In this document: positions 19,874 through 29,365 of the stretch, one piece after another
How the letters are laid out: each line of letters begins with the position of its first letter
Numbering within the stretch: position 1 is the first letter of the stretch
Source of the DNA: an uncultured Nitrososphaerota archaeon
GTDB lineage: Archaea > Thermoproteota > Nitrososphaeria > Nitrososphaerales > Gagatemarchaeaceae
Assembly: GCA_963718895.1 (NCBI GenBank)
Contig: CAVRAG010000004.1
Span: 96,001 to 160,000 of the forward strand
Direction of reading: 5' to 3'
Length of the DNA: 64,000 nt
Program-made: the position numbers and the translations under genes
Notes under the pieces: model-generated
The model's input: the letters and a program-made list of their open reading frames with translations, nothing else
Database searches by the model: none
What the model was told of the DNA's origin: nothing

Positions 19874-20238
19874 TCACACCGGGCCCATCATCGTCCAAAA
19901 ACGGAAGAACTTGTCGAGCATTGTGTCGTTGGGAACGAGGTCTACCTCCACGGTGTTTGTGAGGCCGTCGTACCGCAATTGGATCGATTTGACTATGCTT
20001 CTGTACATCACGTATCTCCCTCCACCCTCCAGGAGAATGTTCCTGTCCACGCGAGGAGCCCGACCTCGCAGAGATCGCTGACGTGTCTGTACGCGGTTCT
20101 GGAAGGTAAACCAAGCTCCTCTGAGATTTGGGCGATCGACTTCGGGCTTTGAATCGTCGAATTGATTACGCTTCTCGCTTCGTTCTCGCCTAGCATCTTT
20201 GCTATTCTCTCCTTCCGGAGCCGGTCATTGATTTGCAT
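19874..20238 (-). CDS. winged-helix (ArsR-like) regulator, single frameshift near 20050
   Basis: PKSIAQISEELGLPSRTAYRHVSDL, continuing in the shifted frame VDRNILLEGGGRYVMYRS...FWTMMGPV*. Confidence 0.75.
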
Positions 20239-20306
20239 ATGGCGCCTCGCCGAATTGCGGCAAAGCGCGCCTCTTATTATAAACGGCCTGCCAGCCGTTA
20301 GGATGC

Positions 20307-21674
20307 ATGACGATTCGTTCGAGGCGTGGTCTATCTCGCGCCGTTGGAAGAAGCAGGTTGCTGCTTTGTTCGCTCGCCCTTGTCAACGCGCTCTTGGTGC
20401 TGGCCCCCCTTGTGCCGGCCTCCGCCCAGACGCAGATTGTCACTGCCACTCCAGGATACATCAACCTGGGGATGACGACGTCGATAGCGGTGACGGCTCC
20501 GGCGGCCGGAACGTACACGGCCGTGGTGATCAAGCCAGACGGATCTTCGAGTTCACTCCCCTACACGTTCACCGCCGGAGGAAAGACGCAGGCTTCAGTC
20601 TTCGGGAACGCTACCTCGGGTTTCGGGACCCTGGTGAATCAGGTAGGAACCTACAACGTATTCGTAGAACAGGGTTCTGCGGTGATGGGCACCACTTCGT
20701 TCTACGCGACGAACAAAATCGTGATAACCATGGACATGGTCACCGGAGGAACCTGTTATTTCATCAACTCGGACGCCAGGGGGTACAAGTTCATCCCTAG
20801 GTTCTACGCCAGCTATGCATCGACCGGCGCCCTGCTCAACAACCTGACGCCCGGGGTCAAGATCACATTCACCCAACCGGACGGCAAGACGGTCTCGACC
20901 GCTTCGTGGGACACCGGCGCGCTCCTCTTCAGGGGACTGGTCCAGCCGGCCTGGAACTATACATACATAGGACCCTGGAACCCCACCGTCACGGCCCAGG
21001 ACGCCTTCGGGAACGCCGGAACGTACACCTACGCTGGAATCCCGTTCATTATGACGGCTGCCACACTCTCGACGAGCATCCAGATGATTGACGTCAAGAC
21101 GAGCGCTCTCGTCGCGTCGATCTACCCTGGAGAGTCCGTCACGATTAGCGCAACGGTCACGTATCCCACCAATGCTGAACCAACATCGGGCTTCGTGACA
21201 GGTCTAGACTCCGTCGTGCGGGGCGGTGTGGCCAACGCCGTCGTCGGCTACGGCGCGTACAATGCCACGACTGGGACCTTCAAAGGCGGCGACCTGGCGA
21301 CGGTGAAGCTTACCAACACAAACGGGGCCAATGGCACGTGGACGGGTCAGTTCGTGGTCCCCGCATCTCTCCCGACGCTTCCGGCGGGATCGAGCTTCGC
21401 CGTCTCGGTGACTTCGTCAGACAAGGCCAATCCTTCCAACACCGGGCTTCAGGTCATGGACCTCGGGCTGACTACAGCTCCTCAGGCCGGCGCGGCATCG
21501 ACGTCGACAGTCACTTCGGTCAGCACTGCGACGCAGGTAGTCTCACAGGTGAGTACCACGACGCAAACCGTCTCGCAGGTTACGCAGTCGATACCGACGA
21601 TTGCGTACGCTGGCATGGCGATCCTTCTGATAATAGGTCTCGCCATCGGGCTGACAGTGAGGATGCCCAAGTAG
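20307..21674 (+). CDS. secreted, C-terminally anchored beta-rich surface protein of unknown function
   Basis: signal peptide ending ASA|Q, Thr/Gly-rich body with NxT/S sequons, S/T linker, C-terminal TM plus RMPK; TATA box TTATAAA near 20277. Confidence 0.85.
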   Translation: MTIRSRRGLSRAVGRSRLLLCSLALVNALLVLAPLVPASAQTQIVTATPGYINLGMTTSIAVTAPAAGTYTAVVIKPDGSSSSLPYTFTAGGKTQASVFGNATSGFGTLVNQVGTYNVFVEQGSAVMGTTSFYATNKIVITMDMVTGGTCYFINSDARGYKFIPRFYASYASTGALLNNLTPGVKITFTQPDGKTVSTASWDTGALLFRGLVQPAWNYTYIGPWNPTVTAQDAFGNAGTYTYAGIPFIMTAATLSTSIQMIDVKTSALVASIYPGESVTISATVTYPTNAEPTSGFVTGLDSVVRGGVANAVVGYGAYNATTGTFKGGDLATVKLTNTNGANGTWTGQFVVPASLPTLPAGSSFAVSVTSSDKANPSNTGLQVMDLGLTTAPQAGAASTSTVTSVSTATQVVSQVSTTTQTVSQVTQSIPTIAYAGMAILLIIGLAIGLTVRMPK

Positions 21675-21684
21675 GCGCTGGCCG

Positions 21685-23452
21685 ATGAGCGCCCTGGGGA
21701 AGTTCGCCGTAAGCGCTTCTCTGGCCACGGTCTGTTTGCTCCTGCTGTCCGCAGGGAGCGCCCACGCCCAGAACGTGGCGCAGGCCTCCATCGTGGTCTC
21801 GTCACACGCAGGGTTTGTTGGAAGCGGGATTACCGTCTCTGGTACGGGGTACCCTCCCAGCACCAAACTGCTGCTCGAATGGAACTCGGCAAATGCCAGC
21901 TGGGTCGTCGGAGGTTCCCCGCCGCAGGTCACTGGGACCAAGGTCGTGCCAGTTGAGAAGGTCCTGGGCTCCGCCGAGTCCGATGCCTCGGGTTCGTTCA
22001 GCGTGCAGATCGCCGTGCCGCCTGACTTCGGGATGCAGCACGTCATGCAGGCGTACTATACCAACGGCACCGCCCTCGCTCCGAAGGCAACGTACACCCT
22101 CGAGCCTCAGTTCAGCGTCTCGCCGACGAGCGGGCCGGCCGGAACTCCGATCGCCGTGACCGGCACCGGGTTGGGCGACGGCCTCTACTCGACCAACTAC
22201 CACATCTACTGGGATAACAACTACGTAGGCTATGCCACTGCGCTCACCACTGGCGGGTCGACGAACTTCACAATCTATGCGTCGGGGGTGCCTGGAACGC
22301 ACTACCTCGCCGTATATCAGGGCTATCCGGGTCCCGGTTACCTGAACGCTGAACAAATACCAGTAGCGAGCCAGGGCCAGTCCTACTACCCTCCGGGGTG
22401 CGTAGTGATGACATCGTGCGCTATCCCATACTACGTGAACTTCACGGTCACGTCTGCATATTCCCAGACAACGACCAGCGGGAGCAGCGGTAGCCTGGCC
22501 ATCTCGGGATTGGCGGCCATCGTCCCCCTTCTTGCCGCGGTGATCGTTCCAGTGAGCGGGGGTCTCTATCTGTCCAGGCAGGATTCCGAAAGGCGCAGGG
22601 CCATCGCCAGGTCTACGGCAGCAATCCTCGTCGTCGTCCTGGTGGCAGTAGCTGGCGTCGCGCTCGTATTCTGCACTAGCTCAGGGCTCCTCATCGCAGA
22701 CCACGACCTCCTCGCTGTCATCGTCATCGACGCAGATCAACTTCACGCCCGTGGCTAGTGTCGACAGACCGCAGATAACGGTCCCAGTGCTCCACAACGC
22801 CACGACCGGCCCTCGAATCAGCGTCAGCCCAGAGATAGTCTCGGTCGGCCAGAACATAACGGTGACCGGCGCGGGCTTTGCGGCCGACACTCAACTCCCG
22901 ATAACCTGGTCGACGAGGCAGGGGAGTAACCTGCAAGGCTACAAGCTGGTCGCCCTGCCTTTGAGGAACGTTACCACGACGAGCGACGGGGCCTTCACTT
23001 TCACCATGAAGGTCCACTCGGACGTCGGGGGGCTCCATTTCATATCTGCCGGCAGCCTGACCACTAACTCGAACGGGACCCTCTTCCTCCAGAGGACCGG
23101 GACCATAAGCGAGATCCAGGGACCAGCGGGCACGAAGATCGTCATATCTTTCGTCGGGGTGGGATGGGACTACAACACGAACATCATCGCAGTCGACTAT
23201 GACAACTCATACGTGGGCTACGGTTGCGGCTTCAACACCGGCGGGAACGTGACGATTACCGTCTTCGCGGCGGGCGCGCCCGGGATACACAACATCGACA
23301 TCTACCCCTCTGTCTGGTGGGGTCCCTCTAGTCCGACTTCCCAGCAAGTCGTGATCTACAGATACCCGCTCCTGACCCCCCAGGACCATCCCGAACTGAT
23401 GCCGTCGTTCCACTTCACCTTCCTGATTACAGGGTCCGGCACGACCGGATAG
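21685..23452 (+). CDS. secreted protein with two homologous Ig-like modules flanking a TM hairpin; one frameshift near 22671
   Basis: signal peptide AHA|Q; repeated DN.YVGY...TGG....T..A.G.PG.H motif; removing one base joins ORFs 21685 and 22751. Confidence 0.8.
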
Positions 23453-23558
23453 ATGGAGGATTGATGAGACTGACGCTTTCTCCGGCAACTTTCGTGACCA
23501 TGTACACCTCCCCTCGAGCTCGCGGTGTCATCCCCTTGGGCCTAGCCAGGAGCGAGCC

Positions 23559-24371
23559 ATGACCACGGAAAGCCGTGACGGGTCGGACAAAGAGCCGGTA
23601 AAGAACGATACTCAATCCCAGGTAACGCCCAGGAGTGACAGGAGCGCCACTCGAAGGAACCTGCTGAGGGCTAGTCTTGCGCTTGGCCTAGTGTTTGTGG
23701 TCGGAGGGATCGCCTCCCTGGCAAAGTCGCTCTTCTCCCCCGCCAACCCTCCTTCGCCAGAGGCGGTCCAGACCAACACCCCCACGGTGACCCAGACGAT
23801 TACCGTGACGCAGCAAGGAGGCAACCAGACGGCGAGTGCGTCCACCTCACAGGGGAGCAGCGAGAGTGCCTCGACAACAACAATTACGACCTCTTCTTCT
23901 CCTTTCCCACAGGTTCTGGTAACCAACGTCAGCGACCTGGTCGTGTCCCAACCGGTGGAGTTCAACTACCCTCTCGAGGAGACTCCGAACATCCTGGTCA
24001 AGCTCGGAGTGAAGGCCGTCGGAGGCGTTGGGCCCGACGAGGACATTGTCGCCTTCAGCCAGGTGTGTCAGCACCTGGGTTGCATCTACGCTTTCGTCGC
24101 CCCCAACACTTCCCCGTCGTGCGACAACACCTACAGTTCTTCCAAGCCGTCAGGATACTGCTGCTGCCACGGGAGCACCTATGACCTCTCCGCCGCCGGG
24201 AAGGTGACAGGCGGGCCAGCGCCGAGAGCGGTGCCCCAGGTGACCCTCCGAGTCGATTCCTCAGGCAACATCTACGCGATAGGCATGGGGCCGCCGACGA
24301 TCTTCGGGCACGACACGGGCTCGAACAACGTCTTGGACGATCTGCAAGGCGGGACCGTCGTGAGTGGATAG
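23559..24371 (+). CDS. Rieske [2Fe-2S] protein, SoxL/AioB-like
   Basis: Tat motif TRRNLL plus TM; GGVGPDEDIVAFSQVCQHLGC; CCCHGSTYD; GPAPRAVP. Confidence 0.93.
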   Translation: MTTESRDGSDKEPVKNDTQSQVTPRSDRSATRRNLLRASLALGLVFVVGGIASLAKSLFSPANPPSPEAVQTNTPTVTQTITVTQQGGNQTASASTSQGSSESASTTTITTSSSPFPQVLVTNVSDLVVSQPVEFNYPLEETPNILVKLGVKAVGGVGPDEDIVAFSQVCQHLGCIYAFVAPNTSPSCDNTYSSSKPSGYCCCHGSTYDLSAAGKVTGGPAPRAVPQVTLRVDSSGNIYAIGMGPPTIFGHDTGSNNVLDDLQGGTVVSG

Positions 24372-25940
24372 TAGAATGCCGGGAAAGAGCGACGAGAAGG
24401 CCGAGGGTGGCAGGACCGCCGAGGATTCGTCGGGCAACGAACGGTTGGTCGACAGGGCCGTCCTCTGGTTCGACGCGAGGATTGGCCTCTCCCACCAGTT
24501 CCTGCGGCCGGCGCCGACCTACTCCGTCAACCCGTTCTACTGGCTCGGGGCTCTGGCAGTGGTCGCCTTCGTAATCCAGGGGGTGACGGGCATGCTGATG
24601 ATGATTTACTACATCCCTACGCCCACCCAGGCATATTCTTCCACCCTCTACATCTTCCAGGACGTCAGCTACGGCCGGTTCCTGGAGACCGTGCATCTCT
24701 ACACTGCGTACGCGATGATAATGCTAGCGTTTATGCACATGATGAGAGGCTTCTTCGTCTCCGTCCACAAGAAGCCGCGGGAGCTGATGTGGTTGACGGG
24801 GATGGGAATGGGGTTCGTCACGCTCGGCTTCGGCTTCACCGGTTACCTTCTCCCCTGGTCGGTCGTCTCCAAATCGGCGACCGATGTCGGGACAGGCATG
24901 ATTGGAGCCCTGCCGCAACCGTTCTCTTCCTACATAACGTTCCTGATCGTGGGCGGAGGAAGCTACACCGCGACAATGTTGCGGTTCTTCGAACTCCACG
25001 TCGTCGTACTGCCAGCTGTGCTGCTGGTCCTACTCGCTGGGAAGATGTATATGCTTGAAAGCCACGGTGTGAGCGAACCGGTTCTGGGCCCTGTGCCTCT
25101 GCCGGAGAAAAAGAGCAAGCTTATCCCAATCTTCCCCGACCTCTCGCTCTACCTCCTCGAGCTCGCCGCGTTGTTCGGCGTGGCGATGCTTCTCATCTCA
25201 GTTGCATTCCCGCTAACCCTGCCACCCCAGTACACGCCCGCGCTCGCTTCCCAGTACACTCCCCAGCCCGACTGGTATTTCCTGTGGATCTACCAGATCC
25301 TGAAGATATCGCTGTTCGAGGGGGCGGGGCTACCAGTCGCGCTCTCTGTCGTGACCCTGATATTCGTGGCTCTCACCCTCCTCCCGTTCATGGACAGGGG
25401 GAGACCCGCAGGATCGAGTCGAGGAGGATGTACGTTACGCTCGGCCTCATCTTCGTATCGGAGATTGCGGTCCTGACGATCTGGGGGTACCTGACTCCGG
25501 GGAGAATCATCCCGACGGAGCAGGCAGCGCTCGTACTCGGAGGCACGGCCCTCCTGATCACCCTGGTCTCGGCGGGAACCTACAAGGTGATCTTCAGGGG
25601 TCTGCGTGCAGGCACCGATTCGATGAAAGGCCAATCCCGCTCCTCCTCTCCCGGCACCCCCTACAGGACGAGAACGTTCAACTTCGCGGTGCTGTGGACC
25701 GCCGCGAGCTTCGTCGCAGTCCTGACCCTCGGAGCATTCGGCATAGGCGGTTCCATAGCCGCCTCGGTGCAGCTTCTGGTGCAGGGAACGGATATCTCGA
25801 TTCTTTCGTCTCTTGCCTTGTCTCTCGCAGAACTCTCGCTGGCGATCGTGGGTACCCTCTATCTCCTCTATCGGCTCGACCTTGGCACAGGCTCGATCAA
25901 ACGGCGCGTGAAGGCGTTCGAGGTGGGGTGGAAACCTTGA
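24364..25940 (+). CDS. long cytochrome b of a Rieske/cyt b complex; frameshift in the G-run near 25398
   Basis: TGMLMMIYY.P, His111/His125, GFTGYLLPW, RFFELH, PDWY; continues ETRRIESRR into further TM helices. Confidence 0.92.
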
Positions 25941-26224
25941 CCGAAGCGGCCGAGCGAGTAGCTGTCCAGATAGCGGCGCTTCTTGTTATCCTGGGGTTCG
26001 TATCGTCTTTTGTGCTGTGGACAATCGATACAGCGTCCGCTTCGGGAGAGGCACTCTTCGCTCTCTACATGTCGGCAGACTTGATCTCATTCGCCATGAT
26101 ATCGTATGTCTATAGGGTGACGAAGGAGGGCGACGGGATCTCCCGAATCTGGACGTTCGTCGGCCTTTTTCTGCTGCTCGTTCTGATTGGTGCGGGTTTT
26201 GCATATGCGAGTCCCCCATACTAG
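25937..26224 (+). CDS. small 3-TM membrane protein
   Basis: TTG start overlaps the cyt b stop (TTGA); hydrophobic. Confidence 0.7.
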   Translation: MTEAAERVAVQIAALLVILGFVSSFVLWTIDTASASGEALFALYMSADLISFAMISYVYRVTKEGDGISRIWTFVGLFLLLVLIGAGFAYASPPY

Positions 26225-26295
26225 ACGAGGAGGCATGGTCCTGCCTGATTTGACTCGGTCGTCGAAAGTTGGAAGGGTAGAGAGGGGGCATTGAA

Positions 26296-26855
26296 ATGAC
26301 CGGTAGTCTGTCGAAGGCATTCATAGCCGTCTCCGTTTGGGGCGTCGCACTTGCCATCTACCACGCCTGGCAAGAGAAAGCTTTCGTCACCAATCCGTTC
26401 CTGGTGCACTACTCCTCGTTCGCCGCCTTGTATGGGGTCCCGTACTGGGCCTTCGGCGTAGTCTGGTTCCCGGTCTTGGTGATCGTCGGTCTCTGGTCGA
26501 CAAACCTAGGCAGGGCCAACCTGAGGATGGAGCTGCTCGCCCTGCTGAGCGTGGGAAACCTCTTCACTGCGTACCTCGTGTATCTGGACATCTTGGTGGT
26601 CAAGGCGTTCACCCTTGCCTACGCCGCTCTCTATCTCACAAATTACGTTCTGACCGGGCTGGTCGTGGCTCAGCACTGGAGAAACGACGTGATGGACGGG
26701 TTCGTCTATGGCACTGCGACGGGTGCGGCGATCGGTCTCCTCTTCGGACCGTATGGTGTAGCTGCGTGCGGCATCGCGGGGGAATCTTCGGCGCCGTCAG
26801 AAATTACGTGGTCCCCAGGACGCGTCGAAGCAACGTCCCGTCGCAGCCCAAGTGA
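26296..26855 (+). CDS. VKOR-like membrane protein lacking redox cysteines; frameshift near 26780
   Basis: S.FAALYGVP..AFG..W and F.AYLVY.D..VVKAF pattern of VKOR; CxxC position reads TLAY. Confidence 0.6.
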
Positions 26856-26936
26856 AAAAGGATCGTTGGCGCAGATTGGGGACGAATCGCTAATCCCTAT
26901 TCGCTGGCTCTCGAGTTCTGGCGGTTCTGGGAGGTT

Positions 26937-27170
26937 CTAGGGTTGCTTCCCGGGACTCGCTGATACCTGCATGACAGGCCGGGGCCAGATGCCGAGGACG
27001 GCCACAACTATGCCCACCAGGGCGACGAACGATCCGATGTAGATGAAGTTGGAGTTGTTGTCCATGAGTGAGCTCCCCCCGACCACGCCCTCTCCCTGGA
27101 GCGCAAAGACCGCACCAAGAAGGAGCAGCAGAAGTCCCACCAGTATCAATGTGAATTTTCTAGCTGACAA
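26937..27170 (-). CDS. small 2-TM membrane protein
   Basis: two hydrophobic helices with an ALQG.G..GGS loop. Confidence 0.7.
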   Translation of the reverse strand: MSARKFTLILVGLLLLLLGAVFALQGEGVVGGSSLMDNNSNFIYIGSFVALVGIVVAVLGIWPRPVMQVSASPGKQP

Positions 27171-27246
27171 AGTTATTCCTTGAATGACCTCTGGTAGTCC
27201 CGCTTTTAGGGCTTCGCAAGTCCCTCGGTCCCGCTTCTAGAGGTTG

Positions 27247-27921
27247 TCAGAGCGAGACGATCCTGTCGAGCTCCTTCTCCCTCTGCTTGTAGTCGGGACA
27301 GAAGGCAGCGAGCCTCCCCTTGAACGCCGGAGAGTGGTTGAACTCGGAGAGGTGGGCGAGCTCGTGCAGTATGATGTACTCTCGGAGCCTCTCGGGGAGC
27401 GCGATCAGCTGCCAGTTGAAGGAGAGGCGCCCGTCCCTGGTGCAGTAGCCCCAGTTCCTCATCTGCCTCACGTCGGCCCTCCGGTACTTCACGCCTAGCA
27501 CCTCTGAGAGCGTCCCGAGCTTCCCGACCACGTACCTGGAAGTCTCTCTCAGGTACCATCGCCTGACGAGCTCCCTGACACGAGACCTCTGGCTCGAACG
27601 TACGATCACCTCCCTCCGTATCGGATCGTGAAGGAGCTCCTCCTTCTCCTGGCTCTCCTCGAAGATCAGCTTCAGGTGCTCCCCGTCGAACATTACCTGC
27701 TCCTCGTCCAGGATCCTCCTGCTCTGGGACATCTCCTCGTAGTGCTTGAGTATCCACGTCTGCCTGTTCCTTATGGCGGAGGCTAGGTCCACGTTCCTGC
27801 CTCGTGGCAGAACGATCTCGAGGGTCCTGTCGGCCCGGAACCTGAAGTAGGTGTAACGACGGCTGGAACCGACCGTCACCAAGTACTCGATGCTTCGGGT
27901 CCCGAGGTGGATGATAGGCAC
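27247..27921 (-). CDS. YgjP/DUF45 SprT-like metal-dependent hydrolase
   Basis: WGYC, FNWQL, YIILHELAHL..FNHS..F. Confidence 0.9.
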   Translation of the reverse strand: MPIIHLGTRSIEYLVTVGSSRRYTYFRFRADRTLEIVLPRGRNVDLASAIRNRQTWILKHYEEMSQSRRILDEEQVMFDGEHLKLIFEESQEKEELLHDPIRREVIVRSSQRSRVRELVRRWYLRETSRYVVGKLGTLSEVLGVKYRRADVRQMRNWGYCTRDGRLSFNWQLIALPERLREYIILHELAHLSEFNHSPAFKGRLAAFCPDYKQREKELDRIVSL

Positions 27922-28008
27922 GCTGGATTCCCGCCGCGTCGGTCTGGATTAACAAAGTTTCGGTGTCGGACCGTCTCTCCGCGCGACTCGGAACCGTTTT
28001 AGACGACC

Positions 28009-28392
28009 TTGGAGAGAAAGCCTCCGATGCTCCGGGATGAGATGCGGAACGAGCTTATGCGGTCGGCGCTCGAGCGCAGGACGGTGACCTACGGTCACCT
28101 CATGAAGAAGTTCGGTCTCCCTCGCGGCGACACCGGCGAGACGGTCGTGGGCGTCCTAGGCCAGATCGACAGGGCTGAGGCCCAAGCCGGGGCACCGGGT
28201 TTCGCGGCCATGGTCGTGCGCAAGGACACGGGATACCCGGGAGGGGGGTTCTTTTGCTGGGAGGACATTCCGGCAGGTCTGAGGAGACCGAAAGACAAGG
28301 GGCAGGACCCGAAGCTCTCCCAAGCCGAGAAGGAGTACGTGAGAGGGCAGCAGGAGAAGATCTGGACGTACTACGGCGAACACAGGGGATAG
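28009..28392 (+). CDS. hypothetical protein, possibly DNA-binding
   Basis: TVTYGHL...LGQI...AMVVRKDTGYPGGGFF. Confidence 0.7.
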   Translation: MERKPPMLRDEMRNELMRSALERRTVTYGHLMKKFGLPRGDTGETVVGVLGQIDRAEAQAGAPGFAAMVVRKDTGYPGGGFFCWEDIPAGLRRPKDKGQDPKLSQAEKEYVRGQQEKIWTYYGEHRG

Positions 28393-28408
28393 TCCATGGC
28401 CCAGGCGT

Positions 28409-28780
28409 TCAAGCGCGCATCAGGCGTCTCTCAAGAACGTGCACGGCCCGCTCCACCCATTCGAGCATCTTCCGGTTCTGGTAGGCAGCTTCCATCTGCG
28501 AGGTGTACATCCACGTCAGATTCTTGATCACGTCCCTGTCGTTCACGGGGAGGACGACGTGCCGTTTCATGAATGGCTTCTTGAACCATCCACGGCACCT
28601 GTAGCAGTAGTAGTAGTCCCATTCGGAGCTCATGTAGAGGAGTTCGGCCGTCCTCCTTCCGGTGATGTCGGAACAGCGGAAGCACTCCGAGTCCGGGTAG
28701 ATGCCGAACGACCCGAGACCGCGGGTGCCGTCGGCGTCATCCCCATCGTGTCCGTCCATCCAGTCATCGGCCGAGTCCAA
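28409..28780 (-). CDS. hypothetical zinc-finger protein
   Basis: CFRC...CYRC; upstream TATA-like TATATCT. Confidence 0.65.
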   Translation of the reverse strand: MDSADDWMDGHDGDDADGTRGLGSFGIYPDSECFRCSDITGRRTAELLYMSSEWDYYYCYRCRGWFKKPFMKRHVVLPVNDRDVIKNLTWMYTSQMEAAYQNRKMLEWVERAVHVLERRLMRA

Positions 28781-28864
28781 GCGTCCTCGCTGTCCAGATG
28801 AGAGGGACCGGAGATATATGAAGCTGCTACCAGATCCTTCTCAAATCACCTCTCCGTCTGAGCT

Positions 28865-29359
28865 TTGAATAACGATTTATTCCCCCCTCGCCTGGCTCGT
28901 GTTACCTTGGTGAAGAGCAAGGATAGCGGGCAGTCCACTCTCGCGGACATCAAGAAGCTTCACGGAGCCTTGATATCGATAGGCGTTGACCAGGAGTCTG
29001 CAGAGAAGCTCACGGCGAGCAAGTCTCTCGATAGGATACAGGTTCCGATCTACTGGAAGGAAGGACTTGAATCGCGGGTCAACAGTCTCTGGCTGATCAA
29101 GCTCCCTGAGTTCCTCAGGGGGTTCGCGAAGGAGTTCCCCGACGGGGAGGTCCGGTGGGACCCCGATTACGAGAGCGCCGACCCAGCCGACGATGTTGCC
29201 GTGCTCGTCCGCTTCAACGTCCAAGAAGACGATCAGGGGAACCACTGGCATCCGAAACCGACCCTGCTGGAGGACGAGGCCTACCAGAGGATGATTGAGA
29301 GGGCATCCTTCAAGGGGGCCAAGCCGGTACCCGCGCACGTCGTGGTCCACGGAAAGTAG
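28865..29359 (+). CDS. hypothetical protein
   Basis: 164-aa ORF with plausible composition. Confidence 0.6.
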   Translation: MNNDLFPPRLARVTLVKSKDSGQSTLADIKKLHGALISIGVDQESAEKLTASKSLDRIQVPIYWKEGLESRVNSLWLIKLPEFLRGFAKEFPDGEVRWDPDYESADPADDVAVLVRFNVQEDDQGNHWHPKPTLLEDEAYQRMIERASFKGAKPVPAHVVVHGK

Positions 29360-29365
29360 ACTGGC

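Noticed and set aside
18708-20306. Shared YGCCRA-like operator motifs in the two regulator promoters
   Set aside because: Too short and degenerate in GC-rich DNA to support.
23559-24371. Arsenite oxidase small subunit AioB
   Set aside because: No AioA molybdoenzyme is adjacent; the gene overlaps cytochrome b and has SoxL-like boxes.
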